DNA of 60,515 bases, counting the filler. It is 4 parts of 4 records of this genome, joined end to end, with 100 filler letters (N's around TTAATTAATTAA, not from the genome) between each part and the next. Parts side by side here need not be neighbours in the genome. Positions count along the whole stretch, not along the records: positions 52,918 to 60,515 come from SRR2962707_4461; 3 more parts are not named here. One strand, 5' to 3'. Under the pieces are notes generated by a model. The model ran no database searches and was not told where the DNA came from. It saw nothing but the letters and a program-made list of their open reading frames with translations. Shown here one piece after another: positions 55,836-60,515 of this stretch; position 1 is the first letter of the stretch; every line of letters begins with the position of its first letter. The translations under genes were made by a program, and so were the position numbers.

Positions 55836-57230
55836 TCAGGCCGTCAGGTTGTAAACAAACACGATCGCCACGGCAATCGGGGTCACAAACCGGATCAGGT
55901 TGTACCACAGGCTGAACGCGCCACCCTGCAGGGCCAGGTCGCTCTTCAGCGATTCCTTGGCCACAAACCAGCCCACAAAAATGGCGGTCAGCAGGCCAGA
56001 CAGTGGCAGCATGATGTTGGCGGTGAAGTAGTCCAGCAGGTCGAACACCGTCTTGCCTTCAAAGGCGGCGAACATGCCCAGCGGCGTCACATCAGACCAG
56101 ACGTTCAGGGACAGAATGGAAACAATGCCCAGCGCCCAGCACAGTACGCCCACCAGAATAGCGCTGCCGGTGCGGGCCAGGCTGGTTTTCTCTTCAACCC
56201 ACTCAACCACCGGCTCCAGCAGGGAAATGCCAGAGGTCCAGGCAGCAAACAGCAACAGAACGAAGAACAGGGTGCCGAACAGGCTGCCCATGGGCATGTT
56301 ACCGAACGCCAACGGCAGGGTCTGGAAGATCAGACCGGGGCCGGCACCGGCTTCCAGGCCGTTGGCAAACACCACCGGGAAAATGGCCAGGCCCGCCAGC
56401 AGTGCCACCACAGTATCCATGATCGCCACACTGACGGCAGTTCGGCCGATGGAGACATCACGGCCCAGGTAGGAACCGTAAGCCATCATGATGGCCATAC
56501 CCAGGCTCAGTGTGAAGAAGGCGTGCCCCAGGGCAACCAGTACGCCTTTGACCGTCAATGCCTCAAAATTCGGGGTGAACAGGAAACTAACCGCCTCGCC
56601 GAAATGGCCGGTCGTCGTCGCATAACCAACCACCAGCAACAGCAACAGGAACAGCGCCGGCATCAGGATGGTGACTGCGCGCTCCAGGCCGCCTTTCAAG
56701 CCCCGGGAAACCACCAGCACCACCAGCGCCATGAACACCGTGTGCCAGGCCAACAGCTGAATCGGGCTGCCCAGCAGACCACCGAACAGCTCGCCCACAG
56801 ATTCTGCAGTACCACCGGTGAAATCGCCCATGGCCGCGTGGCCAATGTAGGAGGCCGCCCAGCCACCGATGACCGAGTAGAACGACAGAATGATAAATGC
56901 AGCCAGCATGCCGACAATGGCCGAGACTCGCCAGGCCGGCGACGCCAGGTTGCGCTCCGCCACCAGCCGAAAACTGGTAATGGGGTTATGACGACCATTC
57001 CGGCCGATAAACACTTCCGCCATCATGATAGGAATACCGATGATGGCAATACAGAGCAGGTACACCAGAACGAAGGCACCACCGCCGTTCTCGCCGGTGA
57101 CATAGGGGAACTTCCAGATATTACCGAGACCAACCGCGGAACCGGTGGCTGCCAGAATAAACGCGAACTTGGAAGACCAGAGTCCGCGAGCCCCGTTCCC
57201 GCTGTCTGCTGCGGAGTTGGACTGAGTCAT
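55836..57230 (-). CDS. Sodium-dependent transporter, NSS/SNF family
   Basis: FILAATGSAVGLGNIWKFPY..NGGGAF, AFFTLSLG..YGSY, GPGLIFQTLP. Confidence 0.96.
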   Translation of the reverse strand: MTQSNSAADSGNGARGLWSSKFAFILAATGSAVGLGNIWKFPYVTGENGGGAFVLVYLLCIAIIGIPIMMAEVFIGRNGRHNPITSFRLVAERNLASPAWRVSAIVGMLAAFIILSFYSVIGGWAASYIGHAAMGDFTGGTAESVGELFGGLLGSPIQLLAWHTVFMALVVLVVSRGLKGGLERAVTILMPALFLLLLLVVGYATTTGHFGEAVSFLFTPNFEALTVKGVLVALGHAFFTLSLGMAIMMAYGSYLGRDVSIGRTAVSVAIMDTVVALLAGLAIFPVVFANGLEAGAGPGLIFQTLPLAFGNMPMGSLFGTLFFVLLLFAAWTSGISLLEPVVEWVEEKTSLARTGSAILVGVLCWALGIVSILSLNVWSDVTPLGMFAAFEGKTVFDLLDYFTANIMLPLSGLLTAIFVGWFVAKESLKSDLALQGGAFSLWYNLIRFVTPIAVAIVFVYNLTA

Positions 57231-57401
57231 GTGTTTGCTTCCTGTGCTTTTGGCTGAGGAAAATACGAATTGTCAGATCGCCCGGCACACGGCGTGCGGG
57301 CTATTGGGGCGGGATTCTGCCAGCACTGGCGGCATGATGCCAGTGCTGAGGGGCGAGCGCCGGGACAATTCATTGTTCCCGGCGCGGCCCGGGAATGCTA
57401 A

Positions 57402-58736
57402 TCAGCGGGTTTTACTAACAAATCGGGCAATCAGGTCTTTCAGACCGCCTGCCATCTGGCTCAGGAGATCGCTACTTTGTTTCGCCGCATCTGCCTGCTC
57501 ATCACTCTGGTCAGCCAGGCTGGCAATATTCACCACCTGGCGATTGATCTCATCAGAGACCTGACTCTGCTCTTCGAACGCGGCCGACATGGTGATAAAG
57601 CTTTCGGAAATGCGATCCACGGAACTGACGATGGCATTAAGTGCATCGGCAGCTCCCTGCACCCGGTTGAGGCCATCACCGGCAATCTGTTCCCCGGCGC
57701 GCACCGCGTTTACAGTTTGATCCACCTGGATACGAAAATCTTCAACCACCTCGTGGATGCGTACCGTCGACTGCCGGGTCCGCTGCGCCAATGAGCGCAC
57801 TTCATCAGCGACCACCGCAAAGCCCCGGGCGTTGTGATTAACAGATTCGACCACCTCCTGGATGGAGACGGTCATTTGGTTGATGGCCGAAGCAGTCTGG
57901 TCCGTTTCAGCCCGCTGCCGCGCAATGGCTGCTGCGCCCTCGGTAATGTAACCATGGGAAGCGTGAACCTGTTCAAGCAATTGTTCGGCCTGATCATCTA
58001 CGCGGGCCAATGCGGTTCGGATTCTCGCCTCTTCACTCACCAGCATCAGTGCCAGCCGGGACATCAGTCCGCGCTCATCGCTGTAGGTTCGTGCAACGAT
58101 AGGGTCCTGGAAGGCATCCGGACGCAGTTCCAGCAAGCTCCTGAGCCGGTTGGAAAGCGAGGTAAACACCAGACCAAAACCCAGAACGTGGCCAACCACT
58201 ACCAGAAGCACGGCCAAAGCCGGAGACTCGAACGCAAGGGCGCCCAGACTCAAGCCCAGGGACACCATAAAGGGCCAGCCTGAACGGACCATGGTCAGGA
58301 CCCGGTTGCGCCAACCGGAACTCAACCGACCCTCGGAGATCTCCTTATACAGCCGTTCAGCGCGGGCAATCTGCTCCCGGGTAGCGGCGACACGCACGGA
58401 TTCATAGCCCACCATCTGGCCATTCTCCCAGATTGGCGTGGCGTAAGCGCTCACCCAGTAATGGTCACCGGACTTGGCCCGGTTCTTCACAACCCCCATC
58501 CAGGCCTTGCCGGCTTTCAGGTATTCCCACATGTCAGCAAAAACCGCCGGGGGCATATCCGGGTGCCGGATCAGGTTATGGGCCTGGCCGATCAGTTCGT
58601 CCCGGCTGTAACCGCTGATGGTGACGAAGTCATCATCACAGTAAGTAATCACCCCCTTGAGAGTGGTCGTACTGATCAACCGCATTCCTTCAGGGATGTG
58701 GATCTCGCGCTGAGTGACAGGCAGGTTCTTGCGCAT
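57402..58736 (-). CDS. aer: Aer-like PAS-domain chemoreceptor with an in-frame deletion in the signalling domain (possibly non-functional)
   Basis: PAS-FAD HNLIRHPDMP..FADMW..W.GVVKNR..GDHYWV; MCP tail RGFAVVADEVRSLAQRT present, but QTNLLALNAAIEAARAG missing. Confidence 0.8.
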   Translation of the reverse strand: MRKNLPVTQREIHIPEGMRLISTTTLKGVITYCDDDFVTISGYSRDELIGQAHNLIRHPDMPPAVFADMWEYLKAGKAWMGVVKNRAKSGDHYWVSAYATPIWENGQMVGYESVRVAATREQIARAERLYKEISEGRLSSGWRNRVLTMVRSGWPFMVSLGLSLGALAFESPALAVLLVVVGHVLGFGLVFTSLSNRLRSLLELRPDAFQDPIVARTYSDERGLMSRLALMLVSEEARIRTALARVDDQAEQLLEQVHASHGYITEGAAAIARQRAETDQTASAINQMTVSIQEVVESVNHNARGFAVVADEVRSLAQRTRQSTVRIHEVVEDFRIQVDQTVNAVRAGEQIAGDGLNRVQGAADALNAIVSSVDRISESFITMSAAFEEQSQVSDEINRQVVNIASLADQSDEQADAAKQSSDLLSQMAGGLKDLIARFVSKTR

Positions 58737-58789
58737 GGGGAACTGTTCGTCCGTTAGCTCGATAAAATTTAACGGCGACAGCTTAGTTA

Positions 58790-58803
58790 TAGATATATAT
58801 CAA
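58790..58803. promoter_or_regulatory. FNR/Anr box upstream of the aer-like gene
   Basis: TAGAT-ATAT-ATCAA is 9/10 to TTGAT-N4-ATCAA, 54 bp upstream of the ATG. Confidence 0.65.
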
Positions 58804-58883
58804 TGAAATAGCGAATGGGTTACGCCGTGTCCTATTCGTGTAACGACAACAGGCCACGGCGCTTTAGAAAAAATTCAGGGAAC

Positions 58884-59756
58884 TCAGGAGGATGCAACCA
58901 GCTTTGCCCTGGGGTGATAGCGAGCATTCACCCACAAAGAGAATCCGATCACCACACCACCAACGGCCAGGCGCAGCAGATCTGCATCACGATTCCAGAT
59001 CAGCAGATTGACCAGCAAGCCAGCCGGTACCAGGGCATTGTTCATCACCGCCAGGGTGCCTGCATCGACCTTGCAGGCACCGCGATTCCACAGGTACAGC
59101 CCCAGACCGGACGCCGCCAGGCCCAGCCAGCCAAGAATACCCCACTGCAACGGTGTTGACGGCAACTTGTCCGGGTTACCAAAAATCAGGAACGAGGGTA
59201 GCGCGATAACCAGTGCGCCCATGAAGAAGTAACCGAAAGTGCGATACCCAGGCAGCGCCAGAGGGTAACGTTGCATCACGTGCTTGTAGCCAACCTGGCC
59301 GGCAGCGAAGGTAAAGTTGGCCACCTGCAGCAGCAGGAACCCGGTGATGAAATCCTCACTGAGGCCATCGTACCGGATGATGCCGGCACCGAGTGTGGCA
59401 ATGGCCGCAGCCAGCAACGCCACCGGTGAAAACCGGCGGGCCAGGGCATCATCCACCAGAGTCACGTACAGAGGCGTAAAAATGGTGAACAGCAGAACTT
59501 CCGGTACCGTCAGGTAACTGAACGAGCGATACAGGCACAGATAGGTGATGCCGAACTGCAGCATACCAGTCACCAGGATGCCCAGCTTCATACCGGAGGG
59601 AACACCCCGCCAGCGGGTAAACGGCAGGAACACCAGGGCTGCCAGCAAGACCCGGCTCAACACCGCGAAGTCGCTGTCTACACGGCCAGCCAGGAACTCG
59701 CCGATCAGACTGAACGAAAAGGCCCAGAGTACGGTTACCAGAACCAGTAAGACCAT
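58884..59756 (-). CDS. EamA/DMT-family transporter (YigM-like)
   Basis: LWAFSFSLIGEFLAGRVDS.FAVL.RV.LAALVFLPF; ~10 TM; WNRGACKVDAGTLAVMNN. Confidence 0.9.
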   Translation of the reverse strand: MVLLVLVTVLWAFSFSLIGEFLAGRVDSDFAVLSRVLLAALVFLPFTRWRGVPSGMKLGILVTGMLQFGITYLCLYRSFSYLTVPEVLLFTIFTPLYVTLVDDALARRFSPVALLAAAIATLGAGIIRYDGLSEDFITGFLLLQVANFTFAAGQVGYKHVMQRYPLALPGYRTFGYFFMGALVIALPSFLIFGNPDKLPSTPLQWGILGWLGLAASGLGLYLWNRGACKVDAGTLAVMNNALVPAGLLVNLLIWNRDADLLRLAVGGVVIGFSLWVNARYHPRAKLVASS

Positions 59757-59924
59757 CGATTGCACCACCCCTGTTGTATGCCGGGCGCCTACTTTACTGC
59801 TTTACGGTGGGTTTTGCAGCGGCGGCAGACGGGGAAACCCCTATAAGCATGAGCCTGCAGGCTGAGGTACCATGGCCGGTCCTCTACCAGTGCCACGCTA
59901 CAATTCCGGAAAGACCAGAGCGCC

Positions 59925-60515
59925 ATGGACGAAACCCATCAGCCACTACCCGAAGCCCGCCAGCCGCTGATTCAGCGCACGCTCGCCGAGTGGAAAACAC
60001 TGGCCATTCTGGGCGGCCCGATTCTGATTGCCCAGGTGGCACAGATGGCCAATGGTGTGATCGATACCGTGATGGCCGGCCACGCCAGTGCCGAAGATCT
60101 CGCAGCCGTGGGTATCGGCAGCAGCCTGTGGATGCCGCTTTTCCTGTTTTTCATGGGCATGCTCGGCGCCTTGCAACCGATCATTTCCGGCTACAACGGC
60201 GCTCGGACAACCCATAAGATCATGCCCGCAACCTGGCAGGGCATCTACATTGCGGCGGGCGGCACCGTAGTGATGGCGCTGTTGCTGACCAATGTCCATC
60301 CCGTCCTGGCCCTGCTGAAACTCGACCCGCACACCGCCGGCATCACCCAGGGTTATCTGGACGCATTTGCCTGGGGCATTCCCGCGCTGCTGCTGATCAA
60401 CGCCCTTCGGGGCCTGACCGATGGTCTGGGGCATACCCGGGTGATCATGGCGTTTTCCGTGCTTAGCACGGTGATCAACCTGCCCCTGAACTACATCTTC
60501 ATTTACGGCAAACTC
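59925..60515 (+). CDS. MATE-family efflux transporter (NorM-like), 5' part, runs off the window
   Basis: My translation MDETHQP..LGGPILIAQVAQMANGVIDTVMAGHASAEDLAAVGIGSSLWMP..; open to the window end. Confidence 0.92.
   Translation, partial: MDETHQPLPEARQPLIQRTLAEWKTLAILGGPILIAQVAQMANGVIDTVMAGHASAEDLAAVGIGSSLWMPLFLFFMGMLGALQPIISGYNGARTTHKIMPATWQGIYIAAGGTVVMALLLTNVHPVLALLKLDPHTAGITQGYLDAFAWGIPALLLINALRGLTDGLGHTRVIMAFSVLSTVINLPLNYIFIYGKL

Noticed and set aside
1-60515. rRNA, tRNA, CRISPR arrays, transposases, integrases
   Set aside because: None recognised by eye; a covariance-model scan would be needed to exclude small RNAs.

Overview
The window is not one locus. It is four separate contigs joined by artificial 100-bp spacers (44 N + TTAATTAATTAA + 44 N at 18110-18209, 26920-27019 and 52818-52917). 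Contig A (1-18109) is Rhizobiales-type alphaproteobacterial housekeeping DNA: ftsK 3' end, lolA, xth, a response regulator, EVE/YciI/tsaD, hemC-hemD-COG4223(alphaMic60)-hemY, ppa, and typA coupled to a CAT-family acetyltransferase. Contig B (18210-26919) is also alphaproteobacterial and carries purine and arginine catabolism genes (NCS2 permease fragment, allantoicase, LysR, ornithine cyclodeaminase, arginase, Lrp), MipA and a CoA-transferase. Contig C (27020-52817) is gammaproteobacterial (Alcanivorax-like, tentative) and is the most interesting part. It holds a ~25-kb envelope system: a 3906-aa DUF3739-type two-partner-secretion exoprotein, its TpsB pore, a DUF2341/LamG-ExbB + ExbD + TonB-like motor, a plug-less putative porin, coiled-coil, YbjN and PPIase accessory proteins, a STN/ECF-sigma/FecR triad, and a degenerate LuxR solo. 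Gene content matches the Pseudomonas aeruginosa PUMA3/sigma-VreI regulon (vreAIR, pdtAB, exbB2-exbD2, PA0695-PA0700), whose Ton/porin module has no established mechanism to my knowledge. Here it is rearranged, and this contig has no Hxc type II secretion genes. Two promoters in it share an identically spaced pho-box-like + CGGT-N16-CATCT architecture. Contig D (52918-60515) is gammaproteobacterial (Marinobacter-like, tentative): a DUF294 nucleotidyltransferase + exonuclease pair, TetR, an NSS transporter, an Aer-like chemoreceptor with an in-frame deletion through its signalling tip, EamA and the 5' end of a MATE gene. All family and taxon calls come from motif recognition, not database searches.
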